A stretch of 64,000 nt of DNA, taken from contig RSEE01000062.1 in NCBI GenBank assembly GCA_003971905.1, positions 310,001 through 374,000 on the forward strand. The letters run 5' to 3'. This DNA is from Moniliella sp. 'wahieum'. Taxonomy: Eukaryota. The position numbers and the translations under genes are program-made. The notes beneath the pieces are model-generated. The model was not told the origin of the DNA and ran no database searches. It saw nothing but the letters and a program-made list of their open reading frames with translations. Below, piece by piece: positions 50,119 through 63,741 of the stretch (position 1 is its first letter; every line of letters begins with the position of its first letter).

Positions 50119-51921
50119 TCCATTCTATGGCTCCTGTGGTATATTTGGGTCACTCTCAGCACCATACATCAGGCTATATCAGGAAAAAAGAAAAGACATT
50201 TTTCGTATACTAGCCTGTATCGCGAGGAGGTGAATGGGATCGACCACTCTAACCCGCCGAAACCCCAAAACCGTCGAACGAAACCAGATGGCAGAATACT
50301 CAGAAACACATTGAACCAGGCACACAAAGCCTTCTTCAAAAAAAGAACACTCAACACCGTACTGACCTTTCGAGGAAAAGCCGCAGGGTGAAAGGCACCA
50401 ACTAGTGCCATGCTTATATACAAGTATTTCACTACGACCCCTTTTTGATAGTGTACACGTCACCAATATCCATCGTGGCCTTGATGTCGCTGATGTCAGA
50501 AACCTTATTTATTCTGACATCCAGGATGTCAGCGCCATCTCGGCTCTCCCTTGCTATCCTCGTGTCAAGGACGCGAGTGAGGTCAAATCTGTTATCGGCG
50601 ATCACAAGGACAGCATGCCATCAGTCTTCAAGCTTCAATGTTCAAGCTTTCAGCAAAAGGCAATGGTCCCTGGATCTGCTTATGCAACTTGATGGTGGCC
50701 GGTCAGAGGGCAGGCACCCTCGCATCGTATCTTTGTGCGGGGCGATGGCCCCGTGTTCCGCCGCTGTTCCGCTCCTTGGGTGTGTTGGCCGCGTATTCGC
50801 TGCTTCGCCACAGTTGACCAGCGATGGGCCAGGCATTCATCAATCGCACCACTACTTTTCTTTGCATCTCGTCCAACTAAGCGATCTGTGGGCGACCGCT
50901 ATGCGCCTCATAGGAAACCACCGGGCCCACGGCCCGGTCTGCTGAGGCTTCGCCCCAGCTTGTTAGGCTGGGTCACCGTTGCCACGGTAGCCGCCGTTCC
51001 ATTGGTCCACCGGTCCACCGTTCCACGGAGAGACAAAATAATATCACCAACGAGGAGACCACCGGGCCTACGGCCCGGTCAGCTCTTCGCCCCAGCTCGG
51101 TGCTTGGCCGCCACCTTAGCCACCGTTCCCCCTAGAGATACGCGCTGGCTGGACTGGAACGTGGCCCGTCAGCTGATGTAAAAGTGCACAGGGGCGTTTC
51201 CCATTTCCTATTTTTTCACACCGCCTCACGTAGTACGAAGAGTACTAGAGTACTGGTGGAGCTAGTGACTAGCGGCTAGTGAAGCTTGAAGCTTGAAGCT
51301 TGAAGAGCTAGTGAAGCGAAGCTTGAAGAGATTATCGATTGGCATGAGATCTGAGAATCGCAGTAGGCGATCAGTCGATGGCGCCGCAGGCAGCAGGTTG
51401 TACTGGTGCTCTCATGCGGCCCCGTGCGGCGCCAGCACAGGGCTGTGTAGTGTAAGGTGCATCCAAAGCATCTAAATACGATGGGCGTGAGAAAATTGGT
51501 CTCGGTCGGCCTGAGCAAAAAGCAACTCATGTAACGCGTACGCCGCAGGCGCAGACAGCGTACCGGAAGGCGGTACATGAGAGCACGCACCGACGCCTTT
51601 AAAGCTCTGTCAATGATAGGGATGCAGTATAGAGAAAACTAGTAAAAGTAACTCAACACACACTCCTCTCAGTGTGGCATGTTCGGTGTAATCGTATTCT
51701 ATGTCCTTTAATTGACCCAAGTTGCAGCACGGTGTTGAGCAACCGGGTGCCTCCTTTGTTTTGGCCAACGCTCCAATCGCCAAGTGGTGCCCCAGTAGGG
51801 TAAAGGCGTAGTGCAAAAGCGCAGAAACCTTCCTGGTCATTCCTTCCAATACTCCTTCCTGGAAGGCACAGGAGTATTCTCTATTATGCCTCTGTATTTT
51901 CTTTTGACTCTTGTTACGAGG

Positions 51922-52267
51922 CGCTCCGGTGTCTCCCGACGCAGAGCCCCGCATGTCATAGGCATCTCTTACTAGCACGTCAGCCTCTACATAGGCTAGC
52001 AAGAGAGAGCTTATCTATCCATGCAGCTGGCATCCTTCGCAGCCCGCTCAATATGGGCGCATGGGTACGATGCTTTGTTCCCATTGCGCCCACAGTCTTG
52101 GCAGAACCCTTTGTCTGCTGCGGCCTACCGGACCGCGGACTTGACAGAACAGACTGCGCTTTTTGCCTTACTACTGTAGCTCTCTCTTGCTAGGCATGTA
52201 GAGACTGAACGTGTTTGGAAGAGATGCCTATGACATGTGTGGCTCCGCGTCGAGAGACACCGGAGCG
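51922..52267. repeat. Imperfect inverted repeat, 90-bp arms (51922-52011 and 52178-52267), 166-bp spacer
   Basis: Arms align by eye at roughly 85% identity, for example CATGTCATAGGCATCTCTT / AAGAGATGCCTATGACATG. Confidence 0.85.
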
Positions 52268-52595
52268 TCCCATACCATCTCTGTAGCTCATCCGCTCATG
52301 TGCAAAATGCAATACACCGTCAACTGCCTGCTCTCTGGTCTTTCACATCATTATTCAGCCCACCGGACACGGTTCCATGCGCTAGTATGTCCGTCGAAGC
52401 GGAGGGTGCACTACACAGAGCAAGTACTTGCGCTATCTATGACAGTTGCAGCACGGTTCCATGTGGCGTATACCAGGCCACGCGCCAAAAGTGGCGCCAC
52501 TGTAGGGAAAAGGCGCAGCCAAAGGGAACCTTCCTTATCTCCAACAGGAGTATATTCTCCTCTACTGTAGCTCTCATTGCAAATGTTTAGTAGCA

Positions 52596-54345
52596 CTAGT
52601 AGTAGTTCTTAAGGGCGAGGCCAGCTCTTATTCGTCCCACCGCCTGAACGCTTTCGGACCCCGCAAGTCTCGATATGGCTCCCATCAGACCCGATGTGGA
52701 TATTTGATGACAGCCAGTGGCCTGGCGAGGCAACCAGACTGCATCCAGGACGAGCAGGTCGACATCCGCGAAAACCTCGGCCATACGTTTGTTCACCTCC
52801 AAGCCTATTTCCAAGCCGCGGCCAGCCGCCTACTGTTGGAGAGCATGACGTGCCCGACACCCCATGTGGAGGGCCATGATCCGACTCCAAGATCAGGTTG
52901 CAGACGTCCGCGAAGCCGTAAGTGGGGTAAACGAAATGCAACATGAACTCCATGAAGCGCAAAACGGAAAGTTCTTCATGGGATCATGACGCGGACGGCC
53001 ACATGTCGGAGGCCACTGCGAGCCAGGATGAAGACGCAGAAAAGCGGACTCGAGATGCTGTTGGCCAAGTCCGCCCTATGTCTGTATGCCTCCATTTTTC
53101 ATCTTCAGATGATTAAGGCTGACCACAGCATCTTTTTCCGTTTAAAGGCATTTTGGTTTTGCAGCGCAAGTACATCAAACAGCTAGTCATGCATTCCATG
53201 AAGGCTCCTTGGGAAGCGTCTCATCTAGGTGCCTTTGTGCGGTATGTACTATCTATCTTGGATCGCTCGAGACCAGCTTTCTCTCTGACAAAGGAAGAAA
53301 GGAAGGTTGGGTAGAGCAGGAATGGGCCAAAAGTCACGTTGCCAGACCGAGGCCTCCTGGCACCGTTATCGATGCTGTAACTGATGATAAAGGGTGCCTA
53401 GGCAAAGAAGTACGGGCAAGAATAACGCTAGCCACAGCGGTCATCCGCTACGAGATCGTAACTAATGTGCGTATCTTCAATTGGTTCCTTTCCTCTTCAC
53501 GGTACGTTCTGAACGCTTCTATCCGAACCCACTTGCAGGTGGAGACGCACCACTGGGTAAGTAAGGCCCGCGGGCCCACGTTGGGTGTCGTCAGTGTGGC
53601 CTCATTTCACAAGAAGGTTGTCAAACACAACCTGGGAGAGTATGACCGCAACCTCAACGGCGTGGAGGGCAGGGTCCTTCCCATGCGCATTCCCATCCTC
53701 CTTCATCTCTGTCTCGATTTGCTGAATATACAACCAGGTGAAGCTGTCTACTAACAGACTTTGAAACCAGTGGGACATTTCACTGGATGCCATCCCTGAG
53801 ACTCCGATGCAACTGTACCCGCTGAGCCTCGTCGCAGCGCCTGTGATACTAACCCTTCGAACACATGTGGTGACCTGGTACGATATGCAATACCAATCTA
53901 TCCAAATACCAGATCTCCTTTTTGTGGTTTAATTATAGGATTAGCCATTATTATTGGATAGTCCCCCATTGGCAAGGAACGTGTACGCAACAGGAGCAGT
54001 CATAGTCCTCGATGTCGACAGTGTCATCGGGAGATATTGATGTCGGGGAACCCGGGGACATCTATGCCATCGTTGGAGACCTATTACCCCTATGGTATCA
54101 CTCACGTCAATGACACCCCCGACGTCTAAGGCACTCACGACGTCTAAGGCGCTCACGACGTCTAAGGCACCCACGACGTCTAAGGCATCTTTGGTAGTGC
54201 TGTCATCGCCGACATATTTGACGTGAACCCTATCATTGATAGGGCGTAACCCTTTGATGTTTTCCCCGTCCCTGATGTCTTTGATACATTGAGCGAGTCT
54301 CGCATCCATGTCGTCAATGACATCCATTTCGTATCTGACATCATG
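52596..54345 (-). CDS. Hypothetical protein or gene remnant (fragmented)
   Basis: Protein-like minus-strand ORFs 53941-54327, 53602-53793, 52609-52962 and 52596-52814. An 18-bp repeat encodes (ALDVVS)n at ~54120-54190. No family recognised. Confidence 0.3.
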
Positions 54346-54397
54346 GACATCACTACCGTCCCCGTCATCGAGAACAGCTGCGTTATTTACTTGATGT

Positions 54398-57300
54398 CTA
54401 TGACATCAAAGTAAAGGTCCTCAATCTATGACAGTCATGATCGTCATGATCGTCATGATAGTCATGGATGTCAGAAAGGGGTCGGTAGTGTTTAACGTCG
54501 CCCCTCCACCATGAACAGACTGGGGAATTCCTGTTAAGAACGTAGGTACGAGCCAGAAGAATGGAGCGGACCCAATCTCGGTGAGCTGCTGGGTCCACAG
54601 AGAAAACACGACGACGGAATGATGGATGTCGGATCCGGACCGAGGCGAAGCTTGCCTACGTACGGCAAACCCGTAGGCTTTGGGTAACTTGAGAGTGGTG
54701 GCTAAAGGTGCGTGGATCACCTCGACGTCCCACTCGCGCAGCCCACCAACTAGGACCTCGTCCTTGCCACTCATGTTCTTGGCATGGAACAAAGCATGAT
54801 CACGAAGTTCAAGCCAGCGCTTGGTCCACTTGTTCTTCTGATCGCGCATAAGAACCCAGCCTCCCAATGTGGGTGCCTCAACCGGTGCTGAGCGCATGGT
54901 GAGGTACGACGACAGCTCCGTCGGACGTAGGAAAAAGTAGTCTGACTTGGAGTTGTCACGGCAACAAAGAACATGGCCCACATTTTCGTTCTCACGGAGT
55001 GGACGTTCTGTGTCCATATGTCAGAAGCGTATTAGGTGTAAGAATTAAGAAGCGAGATGCAAGGTGTAACGTACCCAAGCCTAACTGTGCGCTCACATCA
55101 AACATACACCATCCACCAGATATGTTGTCATCCACTCCAGCATGAGCCCCTTTGGTCATAACAGCCACAGTAAGCTCCCGCGCATTCATCGTTTCCGGAT
55201 AAATGTAGAGGTTGACGTAGCATTGCTTGGTCACAATGTATACTCGCACTGATACGGGCGAGCGTGCGCTGCTTCGGGTTCCCGATGAATGACTCTGGCG
55301 CTTTTTTTCAGAGTTAACTGAAACCGGAGCGATCTGCCCAAAAGGCATTGCTTGGGATCCCATGGGAAACATCGGACCCACCATCCCAGAAGGGCGGGAA
55401 AGAGGGGCAACGGGAAGTGGGGGTGGAATCGGGGCATCGTAAGGTGCCAGACTCTGCCCTGATCCGGTGGACTTGTTAGTGAACGGGGTACCGATAAAGA
55501 AATCATAGGTTTCGACTCATTCGGTTCCCGCCGCATCGCCACTTTAGACAGGGACTTTCCCTGGTTTTGGGCACGCATCACAGGCACAAGACGCTGCATC
55601 AAGTCCACTGGATCGAACCCTTGGCCCCACCCTTGCACTGCATTTCCCCAACCTGCCATAGGCCGCGCCCCATCTGCGGCAGCCTGCACCTTGCGAGCGA
55701 CCTCCTCGGCCGTTGGATGCGGCTTTGGGTGTAAGGGTATTGAACACTGGAGATCAAAAAGCAGTTTCATGTGCAAATGCGCTTGAGGCGTCTGTGGCAC
55801 ATGAAATGTTTGGGAATGACCATGGGCGATGGACCACAGTATCCGTGTCTTATTGAGCAGCCATAATAGCACGAGTCGGGAGAGGCTGATCCTTGCCGCT
55901 TACATCAGGCAACGTTTTCGGGACAAAACCGGGCCAACCAGAATCATCACTAGAAGGAATGGGCAACGCAACTTTTGACCGAGGGGTGGATGAGTGGACG
56001 GCCAAGATAGCATTGGCACTGACACGAGAAGTTGTTTGGGAACCACTCGGCTGAGGTGGCTCCTCCATTTTCCCAAAAGCACGTTCGGGTTGCTTTGATT
56101 GAGAGACGATATCACCCAGCAATGCTGTTGTACGCCAGGCGTTTGGCCTTAACCCAACTGAAGGTTGGTCGCAAGCCTTCTGATTCGCACCCACGTTCAA
56201 ATCCAGTGGTAGGGAAGACATTTCCTCTCCATCACTTGCGTGTTTGAAGAAGAACACATGCCCCTCTCTGACTCCTTCACAAGTGAAACCCCAGTGGAAT
56301 AAGCAATCCCGGGAGATACGGCAGGTGGGATTGGTGAGGCGGAGGTGCCCTTATGAAGGGTGGCAGGTCTGTTTCCCACCGCTCCCTGTGCTCAATGCTC
56401 AACTCTCCTTTTCCTTCCTCAGGAACGGCCAAGAATGGATCGGGGTCGTACGGTAATTCAATCTCGGAAGGCGACTGGTTTTGTCTTGAATCATTGCAAC
56501 GGATGTGCAAGCTCCCGCGAGAAACTGAGTCAGGTGAAGAAAAGCATGATTCTTCGCTGGTTGACACGAGGGATGTTGTTTCTTCCATACGGCAGCCATC
56601 AAAGCACTCGTATTCATCTCCTCCAAGATTGAATCGAGGAGATGAGTGACCTCATCCGACCCCATCGACTGCTCTTTTTCACGAGGGCAAGGTAATTCGG
56701 TATAATCCGGTTGGACTTTCAACAGTTCTAGTGTCTTAGGAAGCGATGGCACATTCTCCTTTTCTTCGTCCTCTTCCTCATGCATCCACCGCTCTTTCGC
56801 CTCACCCGTCCATAATTCTTTCTGCCCGAGATGTGATGATAATAATGACGAAGTGGATGTGCTCGATTCTGCAGATGTACAGTCATCCTTGAATTGGTGA
56901 CCCTCATCTAGGTAGAAATGGCGCGTCGGCACCTTCGTCGCTTGCTTCAGACTCACCGTCGTACCCCGATCCTGCTTCAGGCGAGCCTTTCGGTATAAGT
57001 TCGCTTTCGACCCTCCTCATAGGTGACGCCCGTCGTGTGTGGGCGATCTTAGAGAGACGAAACGGTTGAATGAGCAAGAAAAAAGTTCATTCGAGGGAGA
57101 CTGTTTTCCATCGTCGTCGGTTCCGACGCCGATCCGTCAAGCAAGGCCGAGGTGCTCTGCGCCAGTAACTCGCGCGTGCGCTTCACACTCAGACGATCGG
57201 AATCCATTGCGACCAGGGTCCCCGCTTTTAGAACACTGGGCGGCCGTACAGCAGGGTCCACCGTCCCTTGTTTATTGCACTTTGATGGAGCTGCATCTGG

Positions 57301-59765
57301 CAATGCTTGTTGCGGCACTGTATCTTCCTCTCGCTGGCTCCTGACCGGGTGCGATGCGTTCCCTCTGGATTGTACGGCCTTTTTGTAAGACAAAGCAGGT
57401 TGCGAATGAAGAGCCGCCTCATAGTCTGGCATAGCAGGATCTTCACCCATCATTAGCCGTCCCACAAAATCGAAGCCTTTCGAAGATGAAGAGGAGGGAT
57501 TCTCCCCACCAGCAGCGCAATCCAAGAAAGCGCCAGGAGAATCGCACATGCCCCTCCTGTCAGTGCCGGGTTCGTTTTGAGCGCAGGGGCGCCAGAACGG
57601 TGATTGCGGGACTGCTTCATCGCCTTCCTCCTCCTTCGCCACATTCTCCTCTGTTCCGTCCAGATCGACCCCATCATCTACGAGTATGGGGAGGGGGGAG
57701 ACAGAAGGTTGTTGGGGTACCAATGCCTCATTCGCTTTTGGAAGTATAACCACAGCTGTGGTGTCAGCGCCCATGGGGATGGTTGTTGAGCTTTTGCTGA
57801 TAGACAAGGACGCTTTTTCATCCTTCCCCCCCTCGTCTTTGTACGGAACCTCGCTTGCTGCTGGGTGCGCGTTGAGGCCACTAAAGATAACTTCTTCGTT
57901 GTTCTCTTTAAACTGAAGAGAAGGGGAAGCGTCCAAACAGTCTGGAAGAAGATCGAGTTCATGCACCCTAAGAGATACTCCGTTCTCATCCTCCCTCTAT
58001 GATGACTCGCCCATCAACACCCCTGGTTGATCTGGCTCCATCCGGGCAAGAATATCCCACGTCGCCTCCAAAAATGTCACGATTGCGGCAACACCTTCGT
58101 CTGAGAGGCTATTAGTATCAGTAGGGGGATGAAAAAGTGGGGAGTTCCTGTCGTCCAGTTCAGGCTGGCCCAGGTAGGTTTCCCCCAAGTTGGGTTCATC
58201 AATGTAAGGGTGAATGGGCAGACTGGATCCCAAGCTTTCCGGGGCGAGGTGGCTAAAACCACCGTGAGAATCAGATGTACTGTTTGCAACGGAAAACCGA
58301 GGTTGCAATGTGAAGAGGGGAGAGGCATTACGCTCTTTCCAAGGAGGAGCAAGGTCGTATTCAGAATCTTCCCTTGTCTGTTCTTCTTCTGCGTCCCCAT
58401 GCACTGGAATTCTTGAGGATATACGATGGAAACCCCCGTTTCTCCAAGATCTTCATCGTCTGAATCGGTTGGGGGCTCGGACTGAAACTGAGGTTCGGGA
58501 TATGCTGGGTATCGGATCCCCCTCTGCTCTCATTAAAGACAGAGCGCGACAATAAGGTCACCGATGATGCAGAAGACGTGTAAGGGCATTGCGCTTCTTT
58601 TTGGAAAAATCGACGACTTTCCAGAGATGGAGAAGCCTCCAGCGCTTCTTCACGGGCTTCTCCGCCACAGACAATGGGTATTTTGGTAGAGATTGGAGTG
58701 AAGAGGGTTCGCGTGTCGAGCCCTGAATGCGTTGTATTATCAAAAGCAACGGGCAATGGGGCAGCATGTGGAGATGAGATGACTTGGCCTGTTGCAATAT
58801 GATGACGCAGGTGTTCCCTCCTTCTCAGAAAAAGAATACGGCGAAGAAGCCGTCACTCTTCCATTGTGGACAATGGCGGACTCTGAAAAAGTCGTGAATG
58901 GAGGGGAGAGGAAATCTTCCTCCCACATCGCTTCCAACGGGATTAGCTCCTGTGGAGAGGCGGATGCCTCATGGACCCGCAGACCACATGGGATTGAGCG
59001 GCGCTTCTGTGAAAAAATGGGCATTACTGAACGTGACCCGTCCCGTATTTGAGATGGAGGGATCTTCCGCTCAGTACGTGAAGGGGACTAACGTGATTGC
59101 TGAACGGGGCTGCTGCTCCAATACTGTTGAGTGTTTGCATCAGGGGAGTGGTGTGAGGGAATAATGAAGAATGCCCGGACGAGTCCCGCTCCCGCACAGC
59201 AACTCCAGGAGGATATTTTGGTCACAATGACGGCGAGCAGCATGCCGTCAAGAGGCAGAATGCACTCGGCCTCTGATGGCAGGGCGGGGCCACCCTTAGA
59301 CCGAGATGGAAGTGGACCGCCGGATACGTTGGGAGAGACGCCGTAGTAAGCTGGGGGTGCTTTTGTTTTGTGGTTATTAGGCGAGTCGAAGTGCGGGTAT
59401 GAAGAGCGCGGATGGGGAAGAGGCAGTTTTTTGGAATTACTCTGGGCTGGAATCAGGCGGGACGAATTTCGGGGCTTCGGTGGTATGGGCGGTGCGGGTG
59501 CGGGTATGGTGGTTTTTTGCTATGAAAACGGTCCGAGGGTTAGCTTGCAGTAAAAGTGGTGCGGAAAAGGGGGTTATATGCTAGAGTTGTAGGTGCACAC
59601 ATACGTACCGTGGTGGAGGAAGGAGGGGGTTTGGTATCAAGGGCGTATGTGTCTAAGGACCGAGGGGCTGGTATTGAAATGGGGGCTTGCTTGAGGGTGA
59701 AGCTGTTGGGATGAGCGTGGAATTGGGTGGTGTTGGTTGAGCATGAAATGATTGAAATGGGGCAT
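54398..59765 (-). CDS. Large mostly disordered protein with C-terminal Ras-association-like and PH domains
   Basis: VRVYIVTKQCYV...GWCMFDVSAQLGL|ERPLRENE (intron 55074-55008). PH domain GGWVLMRDQKNKWTKRWLELRDHALF...YGFAVR...DWVRSILLARTY. The long Ser/Pro/Glu-rich N-terminus spans several frameshifted ORFs, with a probable intron at ~59608-59520. Both ends are approximate. Confidence 0.75.
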
Positions 59766-61058
59766 GGGGGGAAGGGGTGGCGGAGCGTAGGGGTAGGTAT
59801 GCTGGGCGATTTTAGCGCAATGGGCGGGGGCGGGGACACGATAACCGCGCGGAGGCACAAGTGTACCCGACCCTACGGAAGGGGCGGGGCGGGTTCGGAG
59901 GTGTGCATGAAGGAATGAAGGTGAGGGTGGCAGCATGCAGCGATGGCGGTGATTGGATGGCGCTCCAATATTAATAAGGGCAACACGCTGACAGGGCTGT
60001 GTTGAAGGTGAGGACGAGGGAGAGAGTGGTGTAGTGGTGGTGGTGGTAGTGTGGTTGCGGTGAGGTGGTGGTAATGGAGAGGATGGAGGGACTGGGGAGT
60101 TATGTCTGAAGCATTCAGCTTATGAAGAAGTGACCTCTTGGTGATGATGGTGTGAACTACTAATATTTTGCGGTTAAGCATCCCCATCTATAATACCTTA
60201 GCTTTAACCTCTCGGCGATGATCGATGATCGGACTGATCGCTGATGGGCGCTGAGGCGCTGAGCTGAGCCTGCTGTGAGCCTAAGCGCTGAGGCTCAGCG
60301 GCTCAGCCGAGCGGCCTCGCTAATAACCGGCTTTTAATAACCTTCGGGCCGTCCTTATGACCTTGACAAACCCGCCTGTGAACTTGACATCAGCCACCAC
60401 CTCTGGTAACAAACCCGTGAGCTGTGAGCTCACAGCCAAGCTAAGGACCTCGCCAGTCCACCTCACCGGCCACCCAAGTACTCCCACCAGCCATGGAAAT
60501 CTAGTCATCATCGATAAAACTACATCTAGATAGAGCCCTAAGGCCTACTAAAGCCTAACAGGGCTATAGGACCATCTATTATACACAACCTCCATCTTGG
60601 TCGTGATATACTCAGTAGCAGCGGCACAAATGATGATGTCCGACACGTATGGCTCCATTTTGGCTCCCGAGCAGGTGGCCAGGGACGCTGTGGAAATCCG
60701 GTAAGGGGGAGGGTGCGGAACACGCACCCTTCCAGTGATCGGCGCCTACCATGCCTGAGCGCCTGAGCGCGGCACATGCGACCCCCTGAATCGTTTTGGC
60801 GGCCGGGTGTGGTTGTGGGAATTGTGCGGGATCCGTAATACGTTGCATGCTGAACGTTAATTTAGTGAATTTCACACCAACAGACCCATGTTGTATGTAC
60901 GTACGGCACGAGCCATGCTCCTGGGCTGGCCATTCATTGCCATCTCACGTTGTGCCCTTTCACACCTTGCCACCACCCCCCCAAGGAAGTGCACCCGACC
61001 GCACCCATGTACCGTGCACGACGCCGCTTCTCGAGGAGCGGAGCGCCCAGCTTTGACC

Positions 61059-62587
61059 ATGTACGTCGCCTGTGTGTTTCGTTCTTCTGGCCACAGTCAA
61101 ACTGACTGGGTGAATGCTGCACCCCCTGTTCTTGGTCCACAGGTAACCTTCCGCCGTGGGAGCAGCAGCGATGGCAAGATGCCTGAAATGCGGCAGGCTG
61201 AACTCAATAAAATGTTGGCCAAATACACTGCTCTCTTCACCGTCTCGCCCGAACAACTGCAGGAGATTACTCACAACTTTGTTCAAGTCTTGCAGAACGG
61301 CTCGACAAGCACGAACAGACTGTGCGTATGTTTGCGACGTACGTCTTTGGGTTTCCCTCCGGTCACGAAACGGGAAAGTACCTGGCTCTTGATCTAGGTG
61401 GAACCAATCTGCGGGTGTGCCTCATTGAGCTTCACGGCGACCGTACCTTCCACCTGACCCAATCCAAGTTCAAATCACCGAAGAGCAAAAGCACTGCGAA
61501 GGTTCAGAGCTATTTGACTTTTGTGCCCAATGTCTAGGCACGTTTGTTGACGAGTCCGTCCCGCGCAAGCCGGATGGATCGCTTGACATTGAGGAGCACA
61601 TCCCCCTTGGCTTCACGTTCTCCTACCCTATGGAGCAAAGCCGGATCGACCATGGCGAGCTGGTTCGCTGGACCAAGGGATTCGGCAATCCCAATACGGA
61701 AAACCATGATGTGGCAGCCATGTTCTCTGCCTCGCTCGCCAAGTACAACATTCCCATCCGTCTTACCTCGCTCAATGACACAACGGGTACACTCATGGCC
61801 TCGCACTATGTTGATCCAAAGGTGAAGATCGCTTGCATCTTTGGTATGGATGCAATGCAGCGTATATGGAGCATGTGCGGGACATTCCCAAGTTCACCAA
61901 GGACCATCCTGAGGTGAATGTAACGGATGATTGGCGATCAACTGCGAGTACGGTGCCTTTGACTCGTACGAACCCAAGTTCTTGCCCGCACCAAGTACGA
62001 CGTTGGAGATTGACCTGACGTCCAACAAACCAACGCAACAAGTGTACGAGAAGATGATTTCGGGTTTGTACCTCGGCGAAATTTTCCGCCTCTGCATGGT
62101 GGAGATGGTGGATGATGGTAAGCTGTTTGTAGGCCAGAATACATACAAGATCGAATCGTCCTTTGAGTTTTAACACTCCTTTCCTTTCCCTCATGGAGGC
62201 CGACCCACCCCCGAGTTGCTCACCATCACCGGCCTTTTCATTCACTTTTTCGGCCTTGAAACCACCCTGGCTGAACGCCAGTTCTTCCGCAGCCTGGCCA
62301 CCCTTATCTCGACCAGGTCGGCGCGCCTGTCGTCATGTGGCATTGCCGCTTTGGTAACCAAGATGGGGTATGAGGAAGAAGGATGTGGCGTGGGCGCGGA
62401 CGGCAGCTTGTTCACCAAGTACCCGATTTCCCCAACCGCATTTCTCAAGGCCTCATCGACATTTTTGGGGAAGAAAAAGGCTCCAAAATCACTTTATGCC
62501 AGGCGGAGGATGGCTCCGGAGTGGGCTCGGCTATCATTGCGGCCATGACCAAAAGCCGCAAGGACCAAGGCGTGTATCCCGATCTAG
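61059..62587 (+). CDS. Hexokinase
   Basis: LALDLGGTNLRV, PLGFTFSYP, RWTKGF, NDTTGTLMAS, GCNAAY, AINCEYGAFD, YEKMISGLYLGEIFR, GADGSL, AEDGSGVGSAIIAAM. Probable intron right after the ATG (to 61142). Ends are approximate. Confidence 0.96.
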
Positions 62588-63033
62588 TCCGCGTCACCTT
62601 TTTAGTTTCCAAAAATACCATTCTCGTCTCTACATTCCCTTTGTCTCACCTTTCTTTCCATTCACGCGCCTCGAGTGCCCAGCGCGATGCAGTTGGCCAC
62701 AACAGATCTGTTCGGTCTTTAACTACAAACATTGGACGATTCACCACTATACCGCGACACATCATATTGCCACAAACTGAATGAAGGTAAAGTGAACGTT
62801 TCTGTCGCAAAAAAGTCACACTAGAGCAAGGAAAGGAGCACAAAAAGGTAGCCATCACTCTCTCTAGTACTGAACGACACATAGAGGCTAAAACAAAAGG
62901 AGAGAGAGGTGTATATGCGAAGACACGGAGGGATCGTTCACGAAAAGCGACCGAGATGACAAACGGTGGGACGCGCAAAAAAGGCCTTGGTCAGCGAGTT
63001 TGAAATTTGACGCCGCAGTTCAGAGAGGACAAA

Positions 63034-63741
63034 TCAGTCGAAAGGAGTGCCCACCGACAGGGCCGGTAGGTTGTCAGGGGGGTTTGGCGGGCATGGGCTC
63101 GACGCGTACGACGCCAGTGTTGTTGTGCTTAGGGTTAACCCACGCGTATGGAGTGTCGCCATCGTAGTGCAATTCGATGTGTTGCGCAAGGGGAAGTAGT
63201 CCACGCCCCGCTTTCCCCTCTTGGAAGCGGAACCAAATGGGCAACTGGGACGAGTCGTCACTGTAAGAGCACTCGACAGGCGAGAAGCTGTCATCGTCGT
63301 TGTGTTGAAGGCAGTGGCCGGTACCACTGTGCTTGATGTGTCTGGGGAAAAGGAAAAAAGTCAGTCAAAAGCCATGCTCCCTCGCTGATTCTATGCATGC
63401 CCCAAACGTACCCCCAGTTTTCAAGAGGAGCGCCCATGCTGCCTCCTGCGTTGCGGCTGAAGTCGTCACTAAAGCCCATGTAATGCGAGCCGGGGCACTT
63501 TTCAAAGATGAACGAAACGCTGGAGGTGAGGGCGGCGTTGGCAGAGCTTGCCGCGATGGATGTGGACATGCACCTGGGGGTCGGTCGTGCTGTACTCGTC
63601 GCCAGTGGGGAAGAGGAGCAGGGGCGCGGTTTTCTGGGTGGTGCAGGTAAAGGTGTTTGCTGCAGGCGCGGCAAGCACCATGCTGGTGGCGGAGGCAGCG
63701 GCAAGCAGCACGAGAGCGGTGGCAGAGGCAGTGGATTTCAT
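63034..63741 (-). CDS. Small secreted Cys-containing protein of unknown function
   Basis: Signal peptide MKSTASATALVLLAAASATSMVLA-AP. Intron 63411-63342 joins ENWG|HIKHSGTGHCLQH...VECSYSDDSSQLPIWF. TATATAA lies ~90 bp upstream. The 3' end is approximate. Confidence 0.72.

Noticed and set aside
50169..50432. Possible small secreted protein MKYLYISMALVGAF...
   Set aside because: Only a short hydrophobic start on a TTG codon, with no coherent downstream exon structure.
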